A stretch of 64,000 nt of DNA. It comes from an uncultured Acidobacteriota bacterium. GTDB taxonomy: Bacteria > Acidobacteriota > Thermoanaerobaculia > UBA5066. The stretch lies in the NCBI GenBank assembly GCA_963779415.1, contig CAVZYA010000001.1, positions 1,024,001 to 1,088,000 of the forward strand. Reading direction: 5' to 3'. Positions 1-8,483 of this stretch are shown here, piece by piece (the stretch's first letter is position 1; the number at the start of each line of letters is the position of its first letter). Position numbers and translations under genes: made by a program. Under the pieces are notes generated by a model. It was not told the origin of the DNA. It was given only the letters and a program-made list of their open reading frames with translations, and made no database searches.

Positions 1-1061
1 AGAAGCGCGAGAAGGCGTCGCTCGGAAAAGCGCTCGCCCGAAGGCGCCATCGCGTCCGTGACGCCGTCGGTGTACGCCAGCAGAAGGTCCCCTTCCCAGA
101 GCCGCTCCTCCCGCGATTCGAACTCCATCCCGGGCATCAGTCCGACGGCGGGCCCCGTGGGCCGCAGACGCTGGGTGTGGCCCGACGGGCGATGGAGTAC
201 CGGTGGCTCGTGCCCGCCGTTCACGTATGCCAGGAGGCCGGACGCCGGTTCCAGAATGCCGAAGAAGGTCGTCGCGAACATGTTCGCGTCCCCGTGGGTC
301 CCGGCGACGTAGTCGTTGATCGCGCGGATCGTCCGGCGCGTGATCTCGGCGGGGGTCGCCCCCTCGTCCGCCTCGCGCGTCGCGGCCACCCGGATCAGGC
401 TCCGGAAGACGGCCATGAAGAGCGCCGCGCCGACCCCCTTGTCGCAGACGTCCGCGACGATGAGGCCGAGGGTCCCCCCCGCCAGATCGAAGACGTCGTA
501 GAAGTCCCCACCGACCTGCCGCGCCGGACGAAGGAGGGCGGCCAGCTCCCACCCGGGGCAACGGGGGAGCACCCCCGGGAGAAAGCTCGACTGGATGTTC
601 CGCCCGATCTCCAGCTCGCGCTCGAGGCTCTTCGCGTGGAGCTTCTCGCGGTCGCGGAGGCGCTTCTTCTCGAGGGACGAATCGACCCGCGCCTTCAGAA
701 GGACGGCGTTGATCGGCTTCGAGAGGTAGTCCGCGGCACCGCGCTCCAGGCACCGGACGACGCTCTCCATCTCGTGAAGCGCCGAGACCATGACGACCGG
801 AAGCTCCCGGAGCGCCTCGTCGCCGCGAAGGGCCTCGAGGACCTGGACTCCGTCCATCTCCGGCATCATCACGTCGAGGAGCACGAGATCGAAGCTTTCC
901 CGGCGGATCCGGTCGAGCGCCTCGCGCCCGTCGGAGGCCATCTCCACGACGTGCCCCATCTGGCGCAGCCGCCGCGAGAGGAGGTCACGGTTCGCCTCCA
1001 CGTCGTCGACCACCAGCAGCCGTCCCGGCTCCGGCACCGGGCGCTCCGCTCCGCCGCTCAC
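1..1061 (-). CDS. Response-regulator (REC) + PP2C/SpoIIE phosphatase, RsbU-like (3' end beyond window)
   Basis: Own translation from GTG at 1061, overlapping the patatin stop: LLVVDD..LLDVMMP..DYLSKP receiver, coiled linker ERELEIGRNIQ, then GGDFYD, ADVCDKG, VNGGH and YTDG PP2C motifs. Absent from the ORF track because it runs off the edge. Confidence 0.9.
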   Translation of the reverse strand, partial: MSGGAERPVPEPGRLLVVDDVEANRDLLSRRLRQMGHVVEMASDGREALDRIRRESFDLVLLDVMMPEMDGVQVLEALRGDEALRELPVVMVSALHEMESVVRCLERGAADYLSKPINAVLLKARVDSSLEKKRLRDREKLHAKSLERELEIGRNIQSSFLPGVLPRCPGWELAALLRPARQVGGDFYDVFDLAGGTLGLIVADVCDKGVGAALFMAVFRSLIRVAATREADEGATPAEITRRTIRAINDYVAGTHGDANMFATTFFGILEPASGLLAYVNGGHEPPVLHRPSGHTQRLRPTGPAVGLMPGMEFESREERLWEGDLLLAYTDGVTDAMAPSGERFSERRLLAL

Positions 1062-1909
1062 GCCGCCGGAGACTGGAGAAGGCGGTGGAGCTGCGGAAGC
1101 TGCTTCTCGGCCGTCCTTTCTCCCTCTTCGATGATGTACGGGATCCTGTCGGTGTCGAACAGATGCAGCCGCTCCCGGAACTCCGGGATGATCGGCAGGA
1201 TCTCCGTGAAGTGCGCGAGGTTGTGGAACGAGTAGTTCGCGCGGAGAAGGTTGTTCGACGTGATGCTGGAGAGCTGGAAGGCGAAGTGGAGGAGGCCGTC
1301 GATCTTCGCCTGGTACGGGCTCTCGAATCCCATCGTGACGATGACGTTCGCGCCCTCCCGGATGGCGACGCCGACGGGCATCGGGTCGGACATGAAGCCG
1401 TCCACGAGCAGCCGGTCGCCGACCTTCCACGGGGTGAAGACGTACGGGATCGAGATGCTCGCACGGAGTGCGTCGAAGAGCCGGCCCTCCGAGAAGACGA
1501 CCTGCTCCCCCGTCCAGAAGTCGGTCGCCGTGAGGAAAAGAGGGATCCGGGCGTCCGCGAAGGTCTTCTCGCCGAAGGCCGTCCGGAGGCGCTGGTTGAT
1601 GAGGCCGTCGTTCACGAGGCCGAAGCGCTCGGAGAAGCCGAAGATCTGCGGCAGCATCGCGCCGAGGACGGCCCGGACGTTCCGCTTCTTCGTCAGCTCG
1701 CGCGTCCAGAGGCGCCGCGTCAGATCAACCGCCTCCTCGACGTCGAGGCCGAGCGCGATCGTCGTGGCATAGAGGCTCCCGCCGCTGCAGCCGACGACGA
1801 GGTCGATCGGGATCCCCTCGCGCTTCAGGACGCGCAGGAGCCCGAGGGCCGCGGCGCACTTCACGCTTCCCGAGCCGATGACCAGCGCGACGCCGCGTTT
1901 CCGTTGCAT
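1058..1909 (-). CDS. Patatin-like phospholipase (RssA/NTE family)
   Basis: ALVIGSGSVK oxyanion region, GCSGG nucleophile elbow, RASISIP, LVDGF. ATG 1909 has GGAGG upstream; GTG 1936 is an alternative start. Confidence 0.88.
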   Translation of the reverse strand: MQRKRGVALVIGSGSVKCAAALGLLRVLKREGIPIDLVVGCSGGSLYATTIALGLDVEEAVDLTRRLWTRELTKKRNVRAVLGAMLPQIFGFSERFGLVNDGLINQRLRTAFGEKTFADARIPLFLTATDFWTGEQVVFSEGRLFDALRASISIPYVFTPWKVGDRLLVDGFMSDPMPVGVAIREGANVIVTMGFESPYQAKIDGLLHFAFQLSSITSNNLLRANYSFHNLAHFTEILPIIPEFRERLHLFDTDRIPYIIEEGERTAEKQLPQLHRLLQSPAA

Positions 1910-1932
1910 GGGTCCCTCCCGTCCGCCCCCGC

Positions 1933-2271
1933 TCACGCCGCGAAGCTCCCGGCGGCCGCGGCCGTGTCGGGAAAGACCTTCAGGATCCGGGTGAAGCCCG
2001 AGAGGTCGAGCACCCGGAGGACGTCCGGGCGGACGGCCGCGAGGCGCAGGTCCCCTCCGCGCTGCCGCGCCTCCTTCACCGTCTCCAGGAGCGCCCGCAG
2101 GCCGGCGCTCGACATGTAGTCGACGCCCGAAAGGTCGCCCACCAGAAGCACACGCCCCGCGAGGACCTCCTCCCGAAACGAGGCGACGAGGGCCCCCGAG
2201 GTGGAACCGTCCACGCTCCCAGCCACCGCCACCACCGTGACCGGATCCTGCCGTTCGACCGAGACATCCAT
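1933..2271 (-). CDS. STAS-domain anti-sigma factor antagonist
   Basis: 112 aa with DLSGVDYMSSAGL phospho-Ser motif and VLDLSGF. Confidence 0.92.
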   Translation of the reverse strand: MDVSVERQDPVTVVAVAGSVDGSTSGALVASFREEVLAGRVLLVGDLSGVDYMSSAGLRALLETVKEARQRGGDLRLAAVRPDVLRVLDLSGFTRILKVFPDTAAAAGSFAA

Positions 2272-2292
2272 GCTGTCGTTCCCCTTTCCGAT

Positions 2293-2721
2293 TCAGCTCC
2301 GCGCGGAGCCGCGCTTCTTCATGAGCGTGAGCCGGTTCTCGCCGTCCGGCGTCCTGTCGTAGTCAACCGTGTCGACGACGGACCGGATGAGATGCCATCC
2401 GAGCCCGCCGATCTTCCTCATCCCGCTGTCGGACTCGAGGTCCGGCGGCGGAGCGTTTTCCGGCGGGAAGTGGCGTCCCCGGTCGCGAATCGTCACGACG
2501 AGCCGCTCCCGGTCCGCCTCGAAGCGGACCGTCACGTTGCCGGCGGGAAGCCCCTTGTGGCCGTGGACGGCGAGGTTCGTTAGGGCCTCGTCGACCGCGA
2601 GCTTCAGGCCGAAGATCTCCATCTCGTCCGCCCGTGCCTTCCGGCACTCCTCCTCGATGAAGGCGCGGACCCGCGGAAGCTCGTCGAGGCGGGCCGCGAA
2701 GGTCCGATCGGCCCCCCTCAC
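2293..2721 (-). CDS. RsbW/SpoIIAB-like anti-sigma Ser kinase (HATPase)
   Basis: C-terminal part of the 309-aa ORF; real start GTG 2721 overlaps the upstream TGA. Motifs LAVDEALTNL, IRDRG, GGLGWHLI. Confidence 0.88.
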   Translation of the reverse strand: MRGADRTFAARLDELPRVRAFIEEECRKARADEMEIFGLKLAVDEALTNLAVHGHKGLPAGNVTVRFEADRERLVVTIRDRGRHFPPENAPPPDLESDSGMRKIGGLGWHLIRSVVDTVDYDRTPDGENRLTLMKKRGSARS

Positions 2722-4517
2722 GCCACGCGCTCCTTCCGGACCGTCCGGAGCACCGCCGTGAGCCGGTCGCGGTCGACGGGCTTCACGAGCACCTCGGACG
2801 CTCCCTGGGCGAGGCCCCGCTCCCGCTCGTCGGCGATGGTGTGGAGGATGACGGGGATGCGGGCGAGGAGCGCGTCGGCCCGGAGCTCCCGGAGGACGTC
2901 CCAGCCGTCCCGTCCGGGCATGACGACGTCGAGCGTGATGACGTCCGGGTGGAACTCGCGGGCGAGACGGAGTCCTTCGTCTCCGCTCCGCGTCGTCAGA
3001 ACCTGGTAGCCCTCGCGGCCGCAGACGCGGACCATCAGGTCGCACACCGCCGGATCGTCGTCGATGACGAGGAGCCTCCGGAAGAAGATTCCCTGGCTCG
3101 CGAAGGGCTTCGAATCGCCGTTCGACAGGCGCCGGAGCGGCGAGGGCCTCACCGTCGTCGCCTCTCCGTCCACGTTCTCGATCTCCGCCGGGAGGCGGAC
3201 GGTGAAGGTCGAGCCGCGGCACGCCTCGCTCTCGACCCGGATCCCGCCGCCCATCAGTTTGCAGAAGCTCTCGCTGATGGCGAGCCCGAGGCCCGTTCCG
3301 CCGTACTTCTTCATCGTCCCGGCGTCGGCCTGCGTGAAGGGCTGGAAGAGGCGCGTCCTCTGCTCCGGCGTGATCCCGATCCCGGTGTCGCGGACGCGGA
3401 AAACGACCCAGTCCCCTTCCTCGGCCGACTCCCGCGAAGCCTCGAGCGTGACGACGCCCTTCTCCGTGAACTTCCCGGCGTTCGACAGGAGGTTGAGGAG
3501 CACCTGGCGGACCTTCGTGACGTCCTCGCGGAGCGCGCCGATGTCCGGGGGGACCACGACGTCGAAGCGGTTTCCGTTTCTCTCCACGAGAGGGCGCACC
3601 GTGGCCACGACGTCCCGGACGACCTCCGCGACCTCGAACGTCTCGAGGAAGAGACGCATCTTTCCCGCCTCGATCTTCGAAAGATCGAGGACCTCGTTGA
3701 TGAGGCCGAGAAGGTGCCGCCCCGCCCCCTGGATCTTCTTCAGGTCCGCGAGGATCGGCGCCTGCCCGGCGGCCTGCGCGTCCTCAGCGAGGATCTCGCT
3801 GTAGCCGATGATGGCGTTCAGAGGCGTCCGAAGCTCGTGGCTCATGTTCGCGAGGAAGACGCTCTTCGCCTGGTTGGCGGCCTTCGCCGCCTCGTTCGCG
3901 TCGAGGGCCGCCTGGAGGGCCCTTTTCACGATCTCGTAGGTCTCCGCGATCTGCTGGTGCTGGTCCGCGACCTCGTTCTTCGCCTGGACGAGCCGGCGCG
4001 TCTGGGCGAACAAGTGGTAGCCGAAGATCGAGGTGAAGGCGAGCGTCCCCGCCGCCGAGAGGACCGTCGTCAGGAGGCTCGACTCGAAGTGCGTCCGGAA
4101 ACCCGACGAGGCCCCGACGAGGGCCACCCCGAAGGCGAATGCCGCGACGGCGCGGAGCGCGAACCGGGGCCCCGCCACGCTCAGGCTCGCCGCCGTGATT
4201 GACACGAAAAACGCGAGGGCGACGAACGGGTTGAATTCCATCGCCGCGACCCAGGCGCCGGTGAGGAAGGCGTCCACCAGGACGTTCCGGAGCTCGGCCG
4301 CCTTGCTGTCGGCCGCGCGGGCGGCATGAAGACGGGCGAGCTGCGGCCAGGCGAGCGACGTAAAGGCCAGCGCCACCCAGAACCAGATCCCGTGGTCCCG
4401 GTCGGTGAAATCCGAAAGGACGATGACGCCCACGACGAGGTACGTCAGGATCCGGAACCGGTATCCGATCGCGACCAGCGGGTGGAGGCGGCGCTCGGCC
4501 GCGGCGGCTTTCGTCAT
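2718..4517 (-). CDS. Hybrid sensor histidine kinase (MASE2-like membrane domain, HisKA, HATPase, REC)
   Basis: FLANMSHELRTPL, NLLSNAGKFT, DTGIGI, GGTGLGL, C-terminal LDVVMP receiver; N-terminal multi-TM region with AWPQLARL..AELRNVLVDA resembling MASE2. Confidence 0.92.
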   Translation of the reverse strand: MTKAAAAERRLHPLVAIGYRFRILTYLVVGVIVLSDFTDRDHGIWFWVALAFTSLAWPQLARLHAARAADSKAAELRNVLVDAFLTGAWVAAMEFNPFVALAFFVSITAASLSVAGPRFALRAVAAFAFGVALVGASSGFRTHFESSLLTTVLSAAGTLAFTSIFGYHLFAQTRRLVQAKNEVADQHQQIAETYEIVKRALQAALDANEAAKAANQAKSVFLANMSHELRTPLNAIIGYSEILAEDAQAAGQAPILADLKKIQGAGRHLLGLINEVLDLSKIEAGKMRLFLETFEVAEVVRDVVATVRPLVERNGNRFDVVVPPDIGALREDVTKVRQVLLNLLSNAGKFTEKGVVTLEASRESAEEGDWVVFRVRDTGIGITPEQRTRLFQPFTQADAGTMKKYGGTGLGLAISESFCKLMGGGIRVESEACRGSTFTVRLPAEIENVDGEATTVRPSPLRRLSNGDSKPFASQGIFFRRLLVIDDDPAVCDLMVRVCGREGYQVLTTRSGDEGLRLAREFHPDVITLDVVMPGRDGWDVLRELRADALLARIPVILHTIADERERGLAQGASEVLVKPVDRDRLTAVLRTVRKERVA

Positions 4518-4606
4518 CGAGAAATGAAACTGCGTCTCAACGACTCTACCGCAGACGGGCCGGCTCCGTCCCGGAAAAACTCGCCCCCCGGACGGGGACC
4601 GCCGCG

Positions 4607-5059
4607 TCAGGCGGCCGCGACCGGCTGAACGTCGATCGTGAGGCCCACCGTCACGTCCTTGAAGAGCCTGACGTGGACGGTGTGCTCACCGAGGCGCTTG
4701 ATCGGCTCTTCGAGTTCGATGCGACGCTTGTCGACGGTGATCCCCTTGGCCCCGAGCGCCTCGGCCAGCTCCGCCGAGGTGACGGTGCCATAGAGCGTGT
4801 CGTGCTCGCCCGCCTTCTTCCTGAAGACGAGGCGGATTCCCTCGATCGCCTTGGCGATCTCGAGCGCGGCGTCGCGCTCCTTGGCCATCCGGACGTCGTA
4901 CCGCTTTCTCTCCTGCTCGAGCCGCTTGATGTTTCCGGGCGTCGCCGTATAGGCGATCTCCTTCGGGAGAAGAAAATTGCGGGCGTAGCCCGCCGCGACG
5001 TTCACCACGTCGCCGCGCTGTCCGAGGCCCTTGACGTCGTCGGTCAGGATCACTTTCAT
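4607..5059 (-). CDS. rplI: 50S ribosomal protein L9
   Basis: MKVILTDDVKGLG..GYARNFLLP..LYGTVT. Confidence 0.97.
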   Translation of the reverse strand: MKVILTDDVKGLGQRGDVVNVAAGYARNFLLPKEIAYTATPGNIKRLEQERKRYDVRMAKERDAALEIAKAIEGIRLVFRKKAGEHDTLYGTVTSAELAEALGAKGITVDKRRIELEEPIKRLGEHTVHVRLFKDVTVGLTIDVQPVAAA

Positions 5060-5134
5060 CGACATCTCTCCGTTTTGTCCCTGTCGTGTCTCTCTTCTCT
5101 CATCTCCGCCCTCCGTTCGCCGTCCCGGCCTTCT

Positions 5135-6124
5135 TCAAGGCCCGCCGGGGGGCCCGTCCCGCCGTGCCGCGGCCCATCTTTCCACCCGGCCCCGAACGTC
5201 GAGGAACTCGTCGAGGATTCCCCCGAGCGCGAGGACGAGCGGAAGCGGCATCTGAAAGACCACGACCCAGACGAGAGCCCGGAGGAAGAGGCCGGCTCTC
5301 CCCCGCTCGAGAAGAGCGCGGATTATGGCGAGGCCCCGCAGAAAAAACAAGGCAACGAGGGGAAGGATCACGTCCACGGCCGCCTGGCGGGCGGGAGGCT
5401 CCGCGAGGGCCGCGACGATACCGGCCGGGATGAAGGCCACGGCGGCAACGAGGGGGGTCCGGAATCGCGCGAACGACGGCTCCGCGAGTCCTCGGGATTC
5501 GGCCCCCCAGAGCCGGCCGAGCAAATAGACGACGACCCCCCCGAAGAGGACCGCCGCCGCGAGGACGAGCCCCGGGAGCTGCTCGGAGAAGGCCGAGGCC
5601 ATCATGTGGAAGATCCGCCCGGCCGCTTCGACGGCGGACTCCTCCCAGCCGCTCGTCCGGTAGAAAGCGAGGATCTCCGGCACCTTCTCGTCGAAGCGGG
5701 CGGCGAGCCATGGCCCCGGATCCCGGCCCCCCAGCGCGACGCCGAGAAGGATCGCGAGGAGGCCGATCCCCGACACCGCGGCGACGACGAGGAGGACCTC
5801 GTCGCGCCGGCGTCCGTCACGCGCGGAGGCGACGAGCGCCAGAGCGGGGAGCGAAAGGAGCGCCGCGGCGAGGATCGCCGCCGCAAAGGCGCTCCCGGAG
5901 CCGAGGAAAGTCCCTAAGACGAAAGCCGCCGCCGGAGAGAGCGCCGCCATCGCGAAGGCCTCGAGGGCGGTCGGCGCCTCGAACGCCGACCGGGCGAGGC
6001 GCGCCGCCCCGATCGGGACGAGGGCGATCCCCGCCGGCGGGACCGCGATGGTGAGCGCCGCCCCGAGCCCCGCCCAGATCGGGGCGAGGAGGAGGCGGAA
6101 GGAGCGCCTTAAAGATGAAGACAT
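5135..6124 (-). CDS. DUF2232/YybS-like membrane protein
   Basis: Highly hydrophobic, C-terminal LGGILDEFLDVR, conserved position between rpsR and rplI. Confidence 0.75.
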   Translation of the reverse strand: MSSSLRRSFRLLLAPIWAGLGAALTIAVPPAGIALVPIGAARLARSAFEAPTALEAFAMAALSPAAAFVLGTFLGSGSAFAAAILAAALLSLPALALVASARDGRRRDEVLLVVAAVSGIGLLAILLGVALGGRDPGPWLAARFDEKVPEILAFYRTSGWEESAVEAAGRIFHMMASAFSEQLPGLVLAAAVLFGGVVVYLLGRLWGAESRGLAEPSFARFRTPLVAAVAFIPAGIVAALAEPPARQAAVDVILPLVALFFLRGLAIIRALLERGRAGLFLRALVWVVVFQMPLPLVLALGGILDEFLDVRGRVERWAAARRDGPPGGP

Positions 6125-6196
6125 CGGAGCTCGGGACACCGGCGAAAGACGCCGGGCTCGGAGGGGGGCGCTTTGCCCTCCCTCCGGTCCTCCCCC

Positions 6197-6478
6197 TCAG
6201 TCCGCCACGTAGGGAAGAAGCGCGAGGTACCGGGCCCGCTTGATCGCGGCGGCCAGCTTCCTCTGATAGAAGGCGGAGGTGCCGCTGATCCGGCGCGGGA
6301 GGATCTTGGCCCGCTCCGGGACGAACTGCGAGAGGAGCTTCACGTCCTTGAAGTCGATGTAGCCGATCTTCTCGACCGTGAACTTGCAGACGCGCTTGCG
6401 GCGGACGAAGAACTTCTTCTTTCCCCCCTTGCGCGGAGGGCCGCCGGGACCGGAGCCGCTGGACGGATTCGACGACAT
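6197..6478 (-). CDS. rpsR: 30S ribosomal protein S18
   Basis: [31 protein letters not shown]. Confidence 0.97.
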   Translation of the reverse strand: MSSNPSSGSGPGGPPRKGGKKKFFVRRKRVCKFTVEKIGYIDFKDVKLLSQFVPERAKILPRRISGTSAFYQRKLAAAIKRARYLALLPYVAD

Positions 6479-6499
6479 GGCTTTCTTCTCCTTCCCCTC

Positions 6500-6931
6500 T
6501 TACTCGCGCGGCGGCTCGGCCGCCGGGGCCTCGGGAGCCGCGGGCGCGGCAGGCGCGGCTTCGACGGAGGTCGACTCCGTCCGGCGCGGCAGGCGCGGCT
6601 TCGTTCGCCGGGCGACTTTCTGGCCGTGGCGCATCTCCTCGTCGACGCGGACCGTCAGGTAGCGGAGGACGCTCTCCGAGAGCCCGAGCTTCCGCTCGAC
6701 TTCCCGGACGCAGGCGCCCGACCCGTTGAAGAGGAAGTTGTGGTAGGTCGCTTCGTTCTTCTTTCGGATCGTGAAGGCGAGGCGGCGGCGGCCCATCGTC
6801 TCGTCCTTCTGGAGGGTGGCGCCGTTCTCGAGCAGGAGCTTGCGGAACTCGTCGATGACGGCCGCCGTTCCCTGCTCGTCCTTCTCGGGCGTCACGAGAA
6901 AGACCATGTCGTAGAGGCGTTCCTGGGGCAC
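6500..6931 (-). CDS. rpsF: 30S ribosomal protein S6
   Basis: YDMVFLV..MGRRRLAFTIRK..VLRYL; AAGGAGG RBS upstream. Confidence 0.95.
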   Translation of the reverse strand: MPQERLYDMVFLVTPEKDEQGTAAVIDEFRKLLLENGATLQKDETMGRRRLAFTIRKKNEATYHNFLFNGSGACVREVERKLGLSESVLRYLTVRVDEEMRHGQKVARRTKPRLPRRTESTSVEAAPAAPAAPEAPAAEPPRE

Positions 6932-7016
6932 GGGGGGTACCTCCTTCCGGATCGCGGGGACCTTTCGGCCCCGCGAGGCACGGCGTTGGACCTCGGGTCC
7001 GGTGCCGGGCCAAGGG
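6932..7016 (-). promoter_or_regulatory. Structured rpsF leader (candidate S6:S18 autoregulatory element)
   Basis: Hairpin TCGCGGGG-CCGAAAGG-T-CCCCGCGA; upstream CCTT/CCGG can pair with CCGGAAGG covering the RBS. Confidence 0.4.
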
Positions 7017-7023
7017 TTGTCGA

Positions 7024-7638
7024 TCAGTTCTCCGGCAGCTCCTCCGGAGAACGGTTGAAACGGTTCATGGCGGCGTCGATCCCCTCGGCCACGAAGAGCT
7101 CGAGGGCCTCGGCGGCCGACGCGATCGCCTCGTCGATGACGGGGCGCTCCTTCTTCGAGAAGCGGGAGAGAACGTAATCGTCCTTCGGCTCGCCGGGCTG
7201 GAAATTCTCGCCCCTCACGCCGAGACGCACCCTCGGGATCTCGTTCGTCCCGAGACAGTCGAGGACGGACTGGAGCCCCTTCTGGCCGCTCGACGACCCG
7301 GAGCGCCGGATCCGGAGCGATCCGACGGGAAGCGCGACCTCGTCGAGGACGACGACGAGGCGCCCGGTCGGGACCTCGTACTTCGTCGCGAGCCCCTTCA
7401 CCGACTCCCCCGAGAGGTTCATGTACGTCTGCGGGCGAGCGACGAGGACGGGGGTCTCCCCCACGCGGACGCGTCCCGTCAGCGCCCGGCAGTCGAGCCG
7501 GTCGAGACGTACGGCGCCCCCGGCCACGCGCCTGGCAAACGCCTGCACGGCGTCGAAGCCGACGTTGTGCCGCGTCCCGGTGTACCGGTCGCCGGGGTTG
7601 CCGAGTCCCACCACGAGGACGAGCTCCTGTCCGCCGAT
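7024..7638 (-). CDS. pth: Peptidyl-tRNA hydrolase
   Basis: VVGLGNPG..YTGTRHNVGF..PQTYMNLSG..RVRLGV. Start uncertain: ATC 7638 or GTG 7614. Confidence 0.95.
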   Translation of the reverse strand: MGGQELVLVVGLGNPGDRYTGTRHNVGFDAVQAFARRVAGGAVRLDRLDCRALTGRVRVGETPVLVARPQTYMNLSGESVKGLATKYEVPTGRLVVVLDEVALPVGSLRIRRSGSSSGQKGLQSVLDCLGTNEIPRVRLGVRGENFQPGEPKDDYVLSRFSKKERPVIDEAIASAAEALELFVAEGIDAAMNRFNRSPEELPEN

Positions 7639-8396
7639 TACTTCTTCTCCTTCTTCTCGGCCTTGGCCGGCTTCTCGGCCTTTACCGGCTTCTCGGCCTT
7701 GCCCGGCTCGGCCGCGGCCTCCTCCGTCTCCTTCTTCCCCTTCTTGATCACCTCGGGCTCGGACGGAGTCTCCGGGACAGCGCCCTCGACGGCCGTCGTC
7801 GCCGCAGCCACGACCTCCTCGGCGCGCGGCATGCCGACGTGGACGACGACGCGGTCCGGCGCCTCGAGGATCCGCAGCTTCGCGTCGAGCTTCAGGTCGC
7901 CGGCGCGCACGGCCTCGCGCGCGTGGAGGTGGGAGACGTCGACCTTGATCGAGGCGGGGATGTCGGCCGGAAGGCACTCGATCTCCAGCTCGTGGGTGAC
8001 GACGTTCAGGAGGCCCCCTTCGTTCTTGACGCCGACCGCGATCCCCTCGCACTCGACGGGGACGGCCACGCGGAGCTTTCTGTCGAGAAGGATCCGGACG
8101 AAGTCGACGTGGAGAAGCTCGCGCGAGATGGGGTCGATCGCCATGTCGCGGATCATGACGTGCCGCTGCTGATCGGTCCCCTTCAGGGCCAGCTTGAAGA
8201 TGGCGTTTTCGGAGAGGCCCTTCCGCAAAAGGCTCACCAGAGTCTTCCGGTCGACCTTCAGGGCGAGGGTCTCCATCTCCTTCCCGCCTCCGTAGATGAC
8301 GGCCGGGATCTGATCGACGGCGCGCAACCGGTTCGCGGCGTTCTTTCCGGTCTCGTGGCGGCGCTCCACCTCTACGACGATGTTCTCCTGGATCAT
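7638..8396 (-). CDS. rplY: 50S ribosomal protein L25 / Ctc
   Basis: RLRAVDQIPAVIYG..LLHVDF..GVKNEGG plus long C-terminal domain. Confidence 0.95.
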   Translation of the reverse strand: MIQENIVVEVERRHETGKNAANRLRAVDQIPAVIYGGGKEMETLALKVDRKTLVSLLRKGLSENAIFKLALKGTDQQRHVMIRDMAIDPISRELLHVDFVRILLDRKLRVAVPVECEGIAVGVKNEGGLLNVVTHELEIECLPADIPASIKVDVSHLHAREAVRAGDLKLDAKLRILEAPDRVVVHVGMPRAEEVVAAATTAVEGAVPETPSEPEVIKKGKKETEEAAAEPGKAEKPVKAEKPAKAEKKEKK

Positions 8397-8483
8397 GGGG
8401 GCGTCCTTTCTTCGGGCGTCCGGTCCGGGGCGTTCCTCACCGGGCGGACGGTCCGGTCTCGCGAGCGGCGGAGTATAGCCGAA

